From Candidatus Arthromitus sp. SFB-mouse-Japan (GTDB lineage: Bacteria > Bacillota > Clostridia > Clostridiales > Clostridiaceae): a DNA stretch of 32,000 nt. Location: assembly GCF_000270205.1 (NCBI RefSeq), contig NC_015913.1, positions 1,110,001 through 1,142,000 of the forward strand, read 5' to 3'. The notes below the pieces were generated by a model. That model was not told the DNA's origin and ran no database searches. It saw only the letters and a program-made list of their open reading frames with translations. Every line of letters begins with the position of its first letter. Position 1 is the first letter of the stretch. This document shows positions 1-9,014 of the stretch, piece after piece. The translations under genes were made by a program, and so were the position numbers.

Positions 1-380
1 GCCTTAAACTCAAAGAAATCTCATATATAAATTCTTTTGCAATAGGTGCTGGAGAATTAAAACATGGAACGATTGCACTTGTTGACGATAAAACTTTTGT
101 TGTTGCTCTCTCAACTCAAGAAAAATTAATAGAAAAGATGATAGCTAATATAAAAGAAGTAAAAGCACGTGGTGCAAAAGTACTAACCGTTACAAAAGAA
201 ACTACAAAATTTTTAAATGATTGTTGTGACGAAATAATATTAATTCCTGAAACATTAGATATCTTCACTCCTCTATTATCTATAATTCCAATGCAACTTC
301 TTGCTTATTATATTTCTACACTCAGAGGTAACAACGTTGACAAACCTCGTAATCTCGCAAAATCTGTAACAGTTGAATAA
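1..380 (+). CDS. glmS: Glutamine--fructose-6-phosphate aminotransferase, C-terminal SIS-domain fragment (5' end outside window)
   Basis: Frame is open from the window edge (codons from nt 3): LKLKEISYINSFAIGAGELKHGTIALVDD... It ends ...DKPRNLAKSVTVE*, the canonical GlmS C-terminus. Stop TAA 378-380. Confidence 0.9.
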   Translation, partial: LKLKEISYINSFAIGAGELKHGTIALVDDKTFVVALSTQEKLIEKMIANIKEVKARGAKVLTVTKETTKFLNDCCDEIILIPETLDIFTPLLSIIPMQLLAYYISTLRGNNVDKPRNLAKSVTVE

Positions 381-390
381 AAAAATATAA

Positions 391-420
391 AAGGCTACTA
401 GTTAACTAGTGGCCTTTTAT
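391..420 (+). terminator. Rho-independent terminator after glmS
   Basis: Stem aaggctactag (391-401) / ctagtggcctt (406-416), loop ttaa, one mismatch, followed by TTTT. Overlaps the 3' end of the convergent gene. Confidence 0.65.
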
Positions 421-2005
421 TTATATTATTTTCCTTTATAAGCTCAATCATTACCTGCTCATTAAATCTACTGTAAAATTCATCACTGTTAGATATATCA
501 ATAAATATTTTTTTGATACTCTCCTTAGCACCTAAAATCCCTTTTAGATTATCAAATTCAGAAGACCAAAACTCAATTCCAGAATCATCTGGGTACCTGT
601 CAAAAATAACATCATATATATTATTTATTACCCAAGTAGTTTCAACATTGTCTCCTTGACTTTCAATATAAGATTTAAAATTTGAAAACTTATGTTTATT
701 AGAAACAAATAAAATTTTAAGATCATCGAGCTCATCTTCCAAAACATCTATATTAAATCTTTCTTTATAATAAATCTTAATAAACTCATCCATAGAATAA
801 TTTAGGTCATCAAGCATCATATATTTCAAATTCACAACATTATAAGAACCCAAATAATATATAGTCTTCCTAGTCTTAATCTTATCTATAAAAATCGTCT
901 TCGTTTTTCCATTGAGCGTATATTTTATAACTACATCTTCATAAATTGTTGATGGTTCAAGATTTTCAATATAAAATTTTCCATTTTTATAGACCACTTC
1001 CGCATTATCAATAGAAATATAAAATTTAGTATAGGAATTCGGATAATTTTTAAATTCATCACTCAAAAATAATTCTACAGAATCAGTACTACCCTTACTT
1101 CTATTAAGTTCATAATAATCCATAACATAAAAATCTTCATGTTGGTTCCCATACCTAAAATCCATTTTATTATCAGAAAATTCCATATAAGTTGTAACTT
1201 CTGGAATTTCTCTCTCATCCATTTTAAGATCACTTAATATCGTCCTAAAATCTTCTGTATCCATCATATTTTTAACAATACGCATATACGCATCATTATC
1301 TTTCAAATAATAATTAGTTTTATATTGATAATGTATACTTTTCCAATGCTCCAATTCTTCCGCTGTTATATATTGAGCAAATACAGCTGAAAATATTCTA
1401 CCTATAGTCTCATCTATTGAATTCACATTATATAAAACATATGGATCCTGAAGTATGTCTAAAATAAATTCTTCTGGAGTAATTTCCCTCATCAAAATTT
1501 TATGTTCCCAAATATGATAATCAATATATTTAACTGATGATCTAAGAGTATATTGCAATCTTTTTGATATAAATTGCTTCAACGGATCATTAGACTTAGT
1601 TGTCTTAAAATTTTTAATCTCAATCACATATCTATCTTTCCCACGAAAAGCTTCAATGAATACTGAATCATAAAAAAAATCTGGTATGAGATTAGATACT
1701 ACTATATCCCCGTTATCATATTCAACTTTATAATTTTTATTATTAATTATGCAATCTGCCGCATTCAAAAACTCTTTGTTCAAATGTTCTGAAGTTATTC
1801 TTATAGATGAATCTGTAATTTTTGATGAGTTAATTTCATGAGAAGTAAAGGAGTAATCAATGCAACTCTCAACATAATTCCTGAAACTTACAGTTTTTGC
1901 ATTATAAGAATTAATTGCTAAAACATTTTTTTCAAATAAAACAAAAGTGGATATGAAAATTAAACAAAAAACTACAAATATATATCTAATTTCCCTTAAA
2001 AACAT
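398..2005 (-). CDS. Secreted or membrane-anchored hypothetical protein with C-terminal DUF4214-like repeat
   Basis: 535-aa ORF. N-terminal hydrophobic segment IFVVFCLIFISTFVLF. C-terminal VINNIYDVIFDRYPDDSGIEFWSSEF...SNSDEFYSRF fits the DUF4214 signature (Y..L.R.pD..G..yW......SdEF). AAGGAGG lies upstream of ATG 2005. Confidence 0.6.
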   Translation of the reverse strand: MFLREIRYIFVVFCLIFISTFVLFEKNVLAINSYNAKTVSFRNYVESCIDYSFTSHEINSSKITDSSIRITSEHLNKEFLNAADCIINNKNYKVEYDNGDIVVSNLIPDFFYDSVFIEAFRGKDRYVIEIKNFKTTKSNDPLKQFISKRLQYTLRSSVKYIDYHIWEHKILMREITPEEFILDILQDPYVLYNVNSIDETIGRIFSAVFAQYITAEELEHWKSIHYQYKTNYYLKDNDAYMRIVKNMMDTEDFRTILSDLKMDEREIPEVTTYMEFSDNKMDFRYGNQHEDFYVMDYYELNRSKGSTDSVELFLSDEFKNYPNSYTKFYISIDNAEVVYKNGKFYIENLEPSTIYEDVVIKYTLNGKTKTIFIDKIKTRKTIYYLGSYNVVNLKYMMLDDLNYSMDEFIKIYYKERFNIDVLEDELDDLKILFVSNKHKFSNFKSYIESQGDNVETTWVINNIYDVIFDRYPDDSGIEFWSSEFDNLKGILGAKESIKKIFIDISNSDEFYSRFNEQVMIELIKENNINKRPLVN

Positions 2006-2106
2006 TCAACATTGATAACCTCCTTATATATATATACTTAATTTATCGTTAATCTTCTAATACAAATTTACAAATAAATCAATACTTATTTGAAAAAAAT
2101 ACCTAA

Positions 2107-3456
2107 TTAAGCAATTTTCTTTAATGATCTTTTTAAACCATTTACTATATTTCTAAATTCATTTTCATTAATCATAGTTTCAACAACAACACCCAAAGCA
2201 AATTCCTTAGAACATCCTTTAGATATAAGCATATCATATTTACCAATCCAATATCTTAACCCCTCATCATCGGATTCTCTATTAACGATAACCTTATAAA
2301 GTCCCTCAATCTTCGACTCAGTTGTTGGTCTTAATGTTAAAAATTCTTCTTCAGATAACAAGTTTCTCACAAAGTTTTCAAAACTAACTTGTTCATTAGA
2401 TAAACTATCAACCCAAAATCTAAATCCTTTTTCATCTGGATTTCTATTAAAAGCATTAAAATAAACACTCTTAACAAAATCATTTATATCACTTGTTTCT
2501 TGAAGAGTTTTAAATGGTGCAATATTTAATACAATTCTATTTCCACGTTTTGAATCAAAATATATTTTTAAGTCAGAATAATGTTTTGACGGAATCAAAT
2601 TATTAATAGTTAATTTACCATTCACAAATTTTATATCCAATCCTTCTATATTGCTTTTGAACTCTTTAACTCCTATAGCAAAATTTTGAATAATATCATT
2701 TAAAAATAAATCAATTTTAGTATCTTCAATATTAGACTTATTTATATCATCATTTGTCAATGTATAATATAAAATTTCTGAATTCATTGATCCTTGATTT
2801 TCATTTTTATCAGATTGAAATGTTTTAAACATACCATTATCTACAACTTTCTCAATATTTTCACCTTTAGTTACGATCTCATAAGTATAATTTAAATTTT
2901 CTCTTAATCCTGTAAGATTTAAAATTAAATTGTCTTTCTTAGGTAATTCGGCACTCTTAAATACTTGTCCATTAAGTTTCAAAACTAAATAAAGAGGATA
3001 ATATTCATCTGGTAAATTGTTTTCTACAATTTTAATTTTTACATTATTGGTACCTTCGAACTCAACTTGCGTTTTAATTCTAAGAGTACTCGCATTAATT
3101 GATGGAGAAAATATTACATTCTTAGAATCACCTTCACCGTATGAATATGAAACATAAACACGATAATTAGTTGATTGCTCTAAGTTTTTAATTTCTGTAT
3201 TAAATTGTCCTCTCCTATTTAAAACTAACTTCTCGCTCTCATAAACTTTATTGTTGTTTTCATCCAAAGCCACAACACGTAAATCTCCATTACTGAATTT
3301 TGGATCAACGTTTCCTCTAAATGAAATTGAATTTCTATGGCTTACCATATTTACATTTTGAACAAGCATTGTTTGTGATGCATTTACAGAAGTTGCAACC
3401 GTTCCGCACACGAAGATAGGAAGTGATGAAAGTAACATAGATAATTTTTTACACAT
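2107..3456 (-). CDS. Secreted surface protein: signal peptide, FN3-like beta-rich modules, two C-terminal DUF4214-like repeats
   Basis: ORF 2107-3483. Start placed at ATG 3456 (MCKKLSMLL...) because AAGGAG (3464-3469) sits 7 nt upstream, inside the longer ORF. Signal peptide ends ...VATSVNA. DUF4214 signatures: FVKSVYFNAFNRNPDEKGFRFW and LYKVIVNRESDDEGLRYW. Confidence 0.65.
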   Translation of the reverse strand: MCKKLSMLLSSLPIFVCGTVATSVNASQTMLVQNVNMVSHRNSISFRGNVDPKFSNGDLRVVALDENNNKVYESEKLVLNRRGQFNTEIKNLEQSTNYRVYVSYSYGEGDSKNVIFSPSINASTLRIKTQVEFEGTNNVKIKIVENNLPDEYYPLYLVLKLNGQVFKSAELPKKDNLILNLTGLRENLNYTYEIVTKGENIEKVVDNGMFKTFQSDKNENQGSMNSEILYYTLTNDDINKSNIEDTKIDLFLNDIIQNFAIGVKEFKSNIEGLDIKFVNGKLTINNLIPSKHYSDLKIYFDSKRGNRIVLNIAPFKTLQETSDINDFVKSVYFNAFNRNPDEKGFRFWVDSLSNEQVSFENFVRNLLSEEEFLTLRPTTESKIEGLYKVIVNRESDDEGLRYWIGKYDMLISKGCSKEFALGVVVETMINENEFRNIVNGLKRSLKKIA

Positions 3457-3513
3457 AAACTTTCTCCTTAGAGTACAATTCATTTAAATCTTTATCTTAA
3501 TAATATTTTAACA

Positions 3514-3533
3514 ATTATGTAATGAATTTGCAA
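3514..3533 (-). promoter_or_regulatory. Putative promoter element shared with the next paralogue
   Basis: Minus strand reads TTGCAA (3528-3533) - 8 nt - CATAAT (3514-3519) TGTTAA. The same arrangement occurs at 5359-5378. Confidence 0.35.
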
Positions 3534-3559
3534 CTATTTTTTTTAATAATTTTTTAAAA

Positions 3560-3592
3560 AATATAAAAAGCTTACCTATTAAAGGCAAGCTT
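3560..3592 (-). terminator. Rho-independent terminator of the 3602-5302 gene
   Basis: Minus-strand hairpin AAGCUUGCC-UUUAAUA-GGUAAGCUU followed by a U-rich run (plus-strand A-run 3565-3569). Confidence 0.7.
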
Positions 3593-3601
3593 CCGATTAA
3601 A

Positions 3602-5302
3602 TTAAATACCTAATTCTCTAATTCTACGTTGGAATTCTGATTCATTAACCATTTCAGTAACTATAGATCCTAAAGCTGAAGAATCAGAATAACCGTTCTT
3701 TTGTAAAGTATCTAATTTATCTGTCCAATATTTTAAACCTACGGCGTCAGAATTTCTATTAACAATTACTTTATATAAAGCTTCAATTTTTGCATTAGTT
3801 GTTGTATTTAAGTTTAAGAATTCTCTTTCAGACAACAAGTTTGCAACAAATTTCTCAGGTAATGTACTTCTCCTTGATAATTGAGTTTCCCAATAAGCAA
3901 ATCCTTTTTCATCAGCTTGTCTATTTAAAGAATACTTATAAACATCAACCATAAATTGTCTTAATTTAGTTTCAGAAGCTTTAGTTGTAAATATTGCAAC
4001 TGTGACTTTTCTGCTAGTTCCATTTTTATCAGTATAAGATATAGTTAAATCTTTATATTGTTTTTCAGGAACTAATCCTACAAATTCTACATTACCACTT
4101 TTATATGTCACAGTAACACCTTCAACGTTAGTTGAAAAATTTCTACCTTCATTCATGCTGTTAGCTAAACTAGTATTTGAAACTGGAATAGATACTGTAA
4201 CATCTTTTACAGCAGCTTTATTTACGTCATTTGTAGTTATTTCATAACTAATTGTCGTTGTGTTATTTGATGATGAAGCTAATGTTCTAAATGTTCCTCT
4301 ATATATTATCCTTCTATTATCTGATTGGTTAATTATTTCATAGAAATAATCTGTACCTGGAACAAGATTTGTCAACCTAAATTGTCTTGAACCTCTTGAA
4401 GTTTCGCTGAAATTAGCAACAAAATTTTTGTTATTAGAATCTCTATATAAATCTAATGATAAGGTATGATTGATGTTTGTATTATACACATCTACAATAG
4501 CTGAATCAGTTGTTCTGTTTTTAATTTCGGCATATATACTTGAATTTGATCCTCCAGACGATGTTGATGAAGATAACGTCCTAAACGTCCCCCTATATAC
4601 AACTTGGTTTCGTTCATTAAATATTTCATAATGATAATCTGTATTTTGAGCAAGATTTGTCAATCTAAACTCTCTTGAACCTCTTGAAGTTTCAAGGTAG
4701 CTATAAACTCTAGTATTATCATAATTTCTATACAAATCTAGCGTAAAATCTTCATAAGAATTTGTATATATACGCACGATAGCTGAGTTATCTGTTCTAT
4801 TTGTAACATCTGCATATACGCTTGAATTTGAACTTGATCCTCCTGATGATATTGATGAAAATAACGTTGTAAATGTTCCTGTGGATACAACTTGTCCAGA
4901 AGCATTAACTACTTCATAATAATAATCTGTGTCTTGAGTAAGACCTGTTAAGCTAAACTCTCTTGAACCTCTTGAAGTTTCATTACGCTTATAAACTAAA
5001 GTATCATCATAATCTCTATATAAATTCAACGTAAACACACCAGTTGAATTTGTATATATATCCACAATAGCTGAGTTAACTGTTATATCTGAAACATACG
5101 AAGTCACGCTTCCAGATACAGAATCTTCTATACCTCCTATGATTAAATCTTCATAATCTGGGTCTAGAATACCAATTGTTCCAAATACTCTACTTGTTAT
5201 ATTGCTTTCTTTTACACTTTGAGTATCCATAGCGGAAGCTGTTATCGCTCCAGATACGAAAAAAGAAAGTGATAAAAGCAATGTACATAATTTTTTACAC
5301 AT
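3602..5302 (-). CDS. Secreted surface protein: signal peptide, three tandem FN3-like modules, conserved C-terminal module with two DUF4214-like repeats
   Basis: ORF 3602-5329. Start placed at ATG 5302 (MCKKLCTLL...) with AAGGAG 7 nt upstream. Three ~95-aa repeats carry ETSRGSREF.LT.L...TDY.YE. C-terminal signatures: FMVDVYKYSLNRQADEKGFAYW and LYKVIVNRNSDAVGLKYW. Confidence 0.7.
   Translation of the reverse strand: MCKKLCTLLLSLSFFVSGAITASAMDTQSVKESNITSRVFGTIGILDPDYEDLIIGGIEDSVSGSVTSYVSDITVNSAIVDIYTNSTGVFTLNLYRDYDDTLVYKRNETSRGSREFSLTGLTQDTDYYYEVVNASGQVVSTGTFTTLFSSISSGGSSSNSSVYADVTNRTDNSAIVRIYTNSYEDFTLDLYRNYDNTRVYSYLETSRGSREFRLTNLAQNTDYHYEIFNERNQVVYRGTFRTLSSSTSSGGSNSSIYAEIKNRTTDSAIVDVYNTNINHTLSLDLYRDSNNKNFVANFSETSRGSRQFRLTNLVPGTDYFYEIINQSDNRRIIYRGTFRTLASSSNNTTTISYEITTNDVNKAAVKDVTVSIPVSNTSLANSMNEGRNFSTNVEGVTVTYKSGNVEFVGLVPEKQYKDLTISYTDKNGTSRKVTVAIFTTKASETKLRQFMVDVYKYSLNRQADEKGFAYWETQLSRRSTLPEKFVANLLSEREFLNLNTTTNAKIEALYKVIVNRNSDAVGLKYWTDKLDTLQKNGYSDSSALGSIVTEMVNESEFQRRIRELGI
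4256..5107 (-). repeat. Three tandem coding repeats of ~283 bp (~95 aa, FN3-like)
   Basis: Protein residues ~75-169, 170-263 and 264-358 align: ...SAIV.IYTN...L.LYR.....V....ETSRGSREF.LT.L...TDY.YE.......V..GTF.TL.SS. Confidence 0.75.
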
Positions 5303-5358
5303 AATTTTTCTCCTTAGAATACAATTCATTTAATGTTTGTTTTGATGAAATTCTAACA

Positions 5359-5378
5359 ATTATATAACACACTTGCAA
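5359..5378 (-). promoter_or_regulatory. Putative promoter element (paralogue of 3514-3533)
   Basis: Minus strand reads TTGCAA (5373-5378) - 8 nt - TATAAT (5359-5364) TGTTAG. Confidence 0.35.
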
Positions 5379-5404
5379 CCCTTTTTAAAATAATTTTTTC
5401 AAAT

Positions 5405-5434
5405 AATTAAAAGCCTACCATTAAAGGCAAGCTT
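5405..5434 (-). terminator. Rho-independent terminator of the 5444-7477 gene
   Basis: Minus-strand hairpin AAGCUUGCC-UUUAAU-GGUAGGCUU (two G.U pairs) followed by a U-rich tail. Homologous to the hairpin at 3568-3592. Confidence 0.6.
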
Positions 5435-5443
5435 TCAATTTAA

Positions 5444-7477
5444 TTAAAGACCTAAAGCTTTTACTCTAGCCTGAAATTCTGATTCATTAACCATTTCATT
5501 AACTATATATCCTAAAGCTGAAGAATCAGAATAACCGTTCTTCTGTAAAGCATCAAACTTGTCTGTCCAATATTTTAATCCTGTAGCATCAGATTTTCTA
5601 TTAACGATAACTTGATATAGAGCTTCAATTTTTGCAGTAGTAGTTGTATTTAAGTTTATAAACTCTTTTTCTGATAATAAGTTTCCAACGAATTTCTCAG
5701 GAGATGTAGTCTTCCTTGATAATTGAAGTTCCCAATAAGCGAATCCTCTTTCATCAGCTTGTCTATTTAAAGAGTATTTATAAACATCAACTATAAATTG
5801 TCTTAATTTAGTTTCAGAAACTTTAGTTGTAAATGTTGCAACTGTAACTTTTCTACTAGTTCCATTTTTATCAGTATAAGATATAATAAAGTTTTTGTAT
5901 TGTTTCTCAGGAACTAATCCAACTAATTCTACATTACCATTTGAATATTTTACAGTAACACCTTCAACATTAGTTGAGAAATTTTTACCATCTCTCATAC
6001 TATTAGCTAAATTAGTAGTTGAAACAGGTATAGATGCTGTAACATCTTTTATAGTTGCTTTATTTATGTCTGTTGTTTTAATTTCATAGCTAGTTGAACT
6101 TGATGAACTTGAAGTTCCTCCAGTTATTGTTGATCCTGATCCCGATACTGGTAATGTTCTAAATGTTCCAGTAAGTATAAGGGTTCTTCCATCAAATATT
6201 GAGTAAGTATATTCTGTATTCGAAGAAAGACCTGTTAATTTAAACTCACTTGAAGTTTGTGTTATAGGTTTAGGAATAGCTGCTCCAGTAGCTGTACTAC
6301 TTAATCCTAAAGTTAACCCACCAGGTGTATTTACTACATATGATCCTTTTAATGTTATAGTAGCTGAATTAGATGTTATATTTGAAATTTCTAAAGCCAA
6401 CTCACCTAATGTCTTGAAATCTGTTGTATTCGTACTAGTTATACCTTGATATGTATTACCATCCAAAGTAACTTCCGCAGTTGCAGCCACTGTATATAGT
6501 GTATTTGGATTCAACCCTGTCTCAAAAGTGTAAGTTAATTGGTTAGTACCTTCAGGTAGCGCATCATTATTAACAGTTTCTACATCTGTATTACCATTTT
6601 TAATACTCAATTTAATATCTTTGATACCCAAACCAGTTGTTAATCCAGCCTGATCAATTCCAAATACAGCATCTACATATTTAGATCCAATACTACCACT
6701 AGTTATAGTCATAGTTATAGCTACTTGATCTGCATACAACTTAGATCCAGCAGTAAATATATTTCCTTTAACATCAGTATTAGATGTAGGTTCTTTATCT
6801 ACTAAAACACCTGTTACAGTATTATTTTGTACATCAACAATCTTTCCAACTGTATTTTGTAACTTAGCAATAAAAGGATCTTTCAGTGTAGTAGCCGAAT
6901 CTACAAATGTAATACCTGATATAGTAACATTATCACCATATTGTATAACTGGTTTAGTATTGGCAGCATCTCTTGTTATTGTAAGTTTACTAGCTCCATC
7001 TAACTTAAGTCCAGCTGTTTTCATTAAGAATGAACCATTTTTAAAGTTTATAGTTAATGAGCCAGCTGCTAATCTTTTGGATAACTCAGCAATTATAGCT
7101 GCATCTAAATTTATATCCATAGTTATATCAATATTAATTGTTGTAACATTCGTATTTTGTAAAGCTGCTTTTAATTGATCAATAGGTGTTTGAGTAGTTC
7201 CTGTACCACCAGTTTGATCAGTTATATCAACTGTTGTTCTGCTTGATTTAAGTCTTTCATCTTCTACAGCTTGTCCTAATTCATCTGCAACAGTTTTTAT
7301 AGGCATCATTGCTAATTTATCTTCAACAATTTCAAATTCACCTTCCATAGTAGCAGAAACTTGAATTTCTGGAGTAACTTGACTTGCTAAAGCTTGCTGA
7401 TAACCTAACACTGATCCTGAACTAACTCCAACTATCGCTATACTTAATAAAAATTTAGCTAACTTCTTTCTTAACAT
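5444..7477 (-). CDS. Large secreted surface protein: signal peptide, T/G/N-rich beta-rich region, one FN3-like module, C-terminal module with two DUF4214-like repeats
   Basis: 677-aa ORF. AAGGAG upstream of ATG 7477. Signal peptide MLRKKLAKFLLSIAIVGVSSGSVLGYQQALA. The last ~214 aa are ~80% identical (manual alignment) to the C-terminus of the 3602-5302 product. Confidence 0.7.
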   Translation of the reverse strand: MLRKKLAKFLLSIAIVGVSSGSVLGYQQALASQVTPEIQVSATMEGEFEIVEDKLAMMPIKTVADELGQAVEDERLKSSRTTVDITDQTGGTGTTQTPIDQLKAALQNTNVTTINIDITMDINLDAAIIAELSKRLAAGSLTINFKNGSFLMKTAGLKLDGASKLTITRDAANTKPVIQYGDNVTISGITFVDSATTLKDPFIAKLQNTVGKIVDVQNNTVTGVLVDKEPTSNTDVKGNIFTAGSKLYADQVAITMTITSGSIGSKYVDAVFGIDQAGLTTGLGIKDIKLSIKNGNTDVETVNNDALPEGTNQLTYTFETGLNPNTLYTVAATAEVTLDGNTYQGITSTNTTDFKTLGELALEISNITSNSATITLKGSYVVNTPGGLTLGLSSTATGAAIPKPITQTSSEFKLTGLSSNTEYTYSIFDGRTLILTGTFRTLPVSGSGSTITGGTSSSSSSTSYEIKTTDINKATIKDVTASIPVSTTNLANSMRDGKNFSTNVEGVTVKYSNGNVELVGLVPEKQYKNFIISYTDKNGTSRKVTVATFTTKVSETKLRQFIVDVYKYSLNRQADERGFAYWELQLSRKTTSPEKFVGNLLSEKEFINLNTTTTAKIEALYQVIVNRKSDATGLKYWTDKFDALQKNGYSDSSALGYIVNEMVNESEFQARVKALGL

Positions 7478-7582
7478 TTTAAATTTCTCCTTATTTTTCT
7501 TAAGCTTAATTGACTATTCTCAAAAATTGTTCATAATATTTTTTAATATTGATGCTAAATCTTTTTTGTCATCTTTTTTACA

Positions 7583-7611
7583 ATTTTATTAAATTTTGTA
7601 ATATTTTGCAA
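7583..7611 (-). promoter_or_regulatory. Putative sigma-A type promoter of the 5444-7477 gene
   Basis: Minus strand reads TTGCAA (7606-7611) - 17 nt - TAAAAT (7583-7588) TGTAA, about 100 nt upstream of the ATG. Confidence 0.45.
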
Positions 7612-7641
7612 TATTTTTTTAATTTTATTGTAAATTTATTC

Positions 7642-7674
7642 AAAAAAAATGAGAGACCACTTAAGTGATCCCTC
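7642..7674 (-). terminator. Rho-independent terminator of the dehydrogenase gene
   Basis: Minus-strand hairpin GAGGGAUCAC-UUAA-GUGGUCUCUC (two G.U pairs) followed by U8 (plus-strand A-run 7642-7649). Confidence 0.75.
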
Positions 7675-7681
7675 ACAATTT

Positions 7682-8638
7682 CTAACTAACTCCATTTATT
7701 ATATTTCCATTCAAAAACTCTTGTAAATTGATCTTCAATTGATTGAACAACCTCTCTCTTGCCTCAAATGGACACCATCCATAATGTGGTGTAATCACAC
7801 AATTCTGAACTCCTAACAATACATTGCTTTCAAACATTGGCTCAACTTCAACGACATCTAGAAAAGCAATTCCTACTTTACCACTCTGAAGAGAATCCTT
7901 TAGATCCTGTTCGCTTATAAGCTGTCCTCTTGCGGTATTAATAATAATTACTCCATCCTTCATTATTGAAAGTGTTTCTTTGTTTATAATATGTCTTGTA
8001 TCATTTGTCAATGGGCAATGTAAAGATATTATGTCACTATTCTTAAATAACTCTTCTTTTGATACAAATTTTATATTATCTGTATCTTCTCTTTTTGTAG
8101 TTGTATGGACTAATACCTTCATTCCAAATACTATTGCTATCTCTGATACTTTTCTTCCAATATTCCCATATCCAAAAATTCCAAGTGTCTTTCCAGCAAT
8201 CTCAGATACTCTTCTATCATAAAAGCAAAAATCTTTTGACTTTACCCATTCACCGCTATGAACTCGCCTATTGTGTAAAGAAACTTTTCTGAAATATTCA
8301 AACATATATGCAAATACTAACTCAGATACTGCATTGGTAGAATAATTTGGAACGTTTGTAACCACTATATTATTTCTAGAACAAAATTCAACGTCTATAT
8401 GATTAACTCCTGTTGCCATCGATCCAATATATTTAAGATTGCTACACTTCTCAAGAAGCTCACTTCTCAAAGGCACTTTGCAAGTAAAAACATAAGTTGC
8501 ATCTTTGATTCTCTCAAAAATTTCATCTTCACTTGTTCTGTCATACCTTTCAACTTCATCGACACAATCTAGGAATATATTCCAATCAAATTCTCCAGGA
8601 TTAACCGAATGTGCATCTAAAACAACAACTTTTTTCAT
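7682..8638 (-). CDS. D-isomer-specific 2-hydroxyacid dehydrogenase (glycerate/hydroxypyruvate reductase-like), NAD-binding
   Basis: Rossmann motif GIFGYGNIGRKV. C-terminal ITPHYGW catalytic-His region. ATG 8638 (MKKVVVLDAH...) is preferred to the TTG at 8704 used by the ORF track. Confidence 0.8.
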   Translation of the reverse strand: MKKVVVLDAHSVNPGEFDWNIFLDCVDEVERYDRTSEDEIFERIKDATYVFTCKVPLRSELLEKCSNLKYIGSMATGVNHIDVEFCSRNNIVVTNVPNYSTNAVSELVFAYMFEYFRKVSLHNRRVHSGEWVKSKDFCFYDRRVSEIAGKTLGIFGYGNIGRKVSEIAIVFGMKVLVHTTTKREDTDNIKFVSKEELFKNSDIISLHCPLTNDTRHIINKETLSIMKDGVIIINTARGQLISEQDLKDSLQSGKVGIAFLDVVEVEPMFESNVLLGVQNCVITPHYGWCPFEARERLFNQLKINLQEFLNGNIINGVS

Positions 8639-9014
8639 TAGATCTATAACCCCATTCAAATTTAAATTCTTTATGATAGTAACACATAAATCAATACTGT
8701 TCAAATTTATTTATGAACTGAAGGTATAGTATCTTGGAAACTCTGTCCACAAACCTATATATCGTCCCAAATAATATAAACTTTACAAAGAAGTGGAAAA
8801 AATTTTTTAATTAATTTCCATAAAGTTAAATATTATTCCAGTGCTTACGATAATTTTAAAAAACTACAAATCAAGTGAGTAAGCCTTGATTAATATAGAA
8901 TTTTGATTTATATTAATATTAACATTAAATTAATTATGTAAACTTTATATTAAAATATTAAACACTAATTTGTTTGATTAATTAAAAATTCAATAATTAA
9001 GGAGATTGATTATT

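Noticed and set aside
3457-3483. Conserved N-terminal extension MNC[TI]LRRK[FI]M on the 458-aa and 575-aa ORFs (also at 5303-5329)
   Set aside because: The conservation reflects a shared 5' UTR. The LRRK codons are the CTAAGGAGAAA ribosome-binding site itself, correctly spaced for the downstream ATG (MCKKL...), which begins a normal signal peptide.
5895-8729. Short plus-strand ORFs (5895-6089, 6960-7178, 7980-8222, 8101-8292, 8505-8729)
   Set aside because: They are embedded antisense in well-supported minus-strand genes, have no RBS, and give low-complexity or hydrophobic junk translations.
8868-8892. Hairpin aatcaag-N9-cttgatt in the 8.7-9.0 kb intergenic region
   Set aside because: A 7-bp stem in AT-rich DNA. 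On the minus strand a U-run follows it, but no upstream minus-strand gene would use it. I cannot distinguish a relic terminator from chance.
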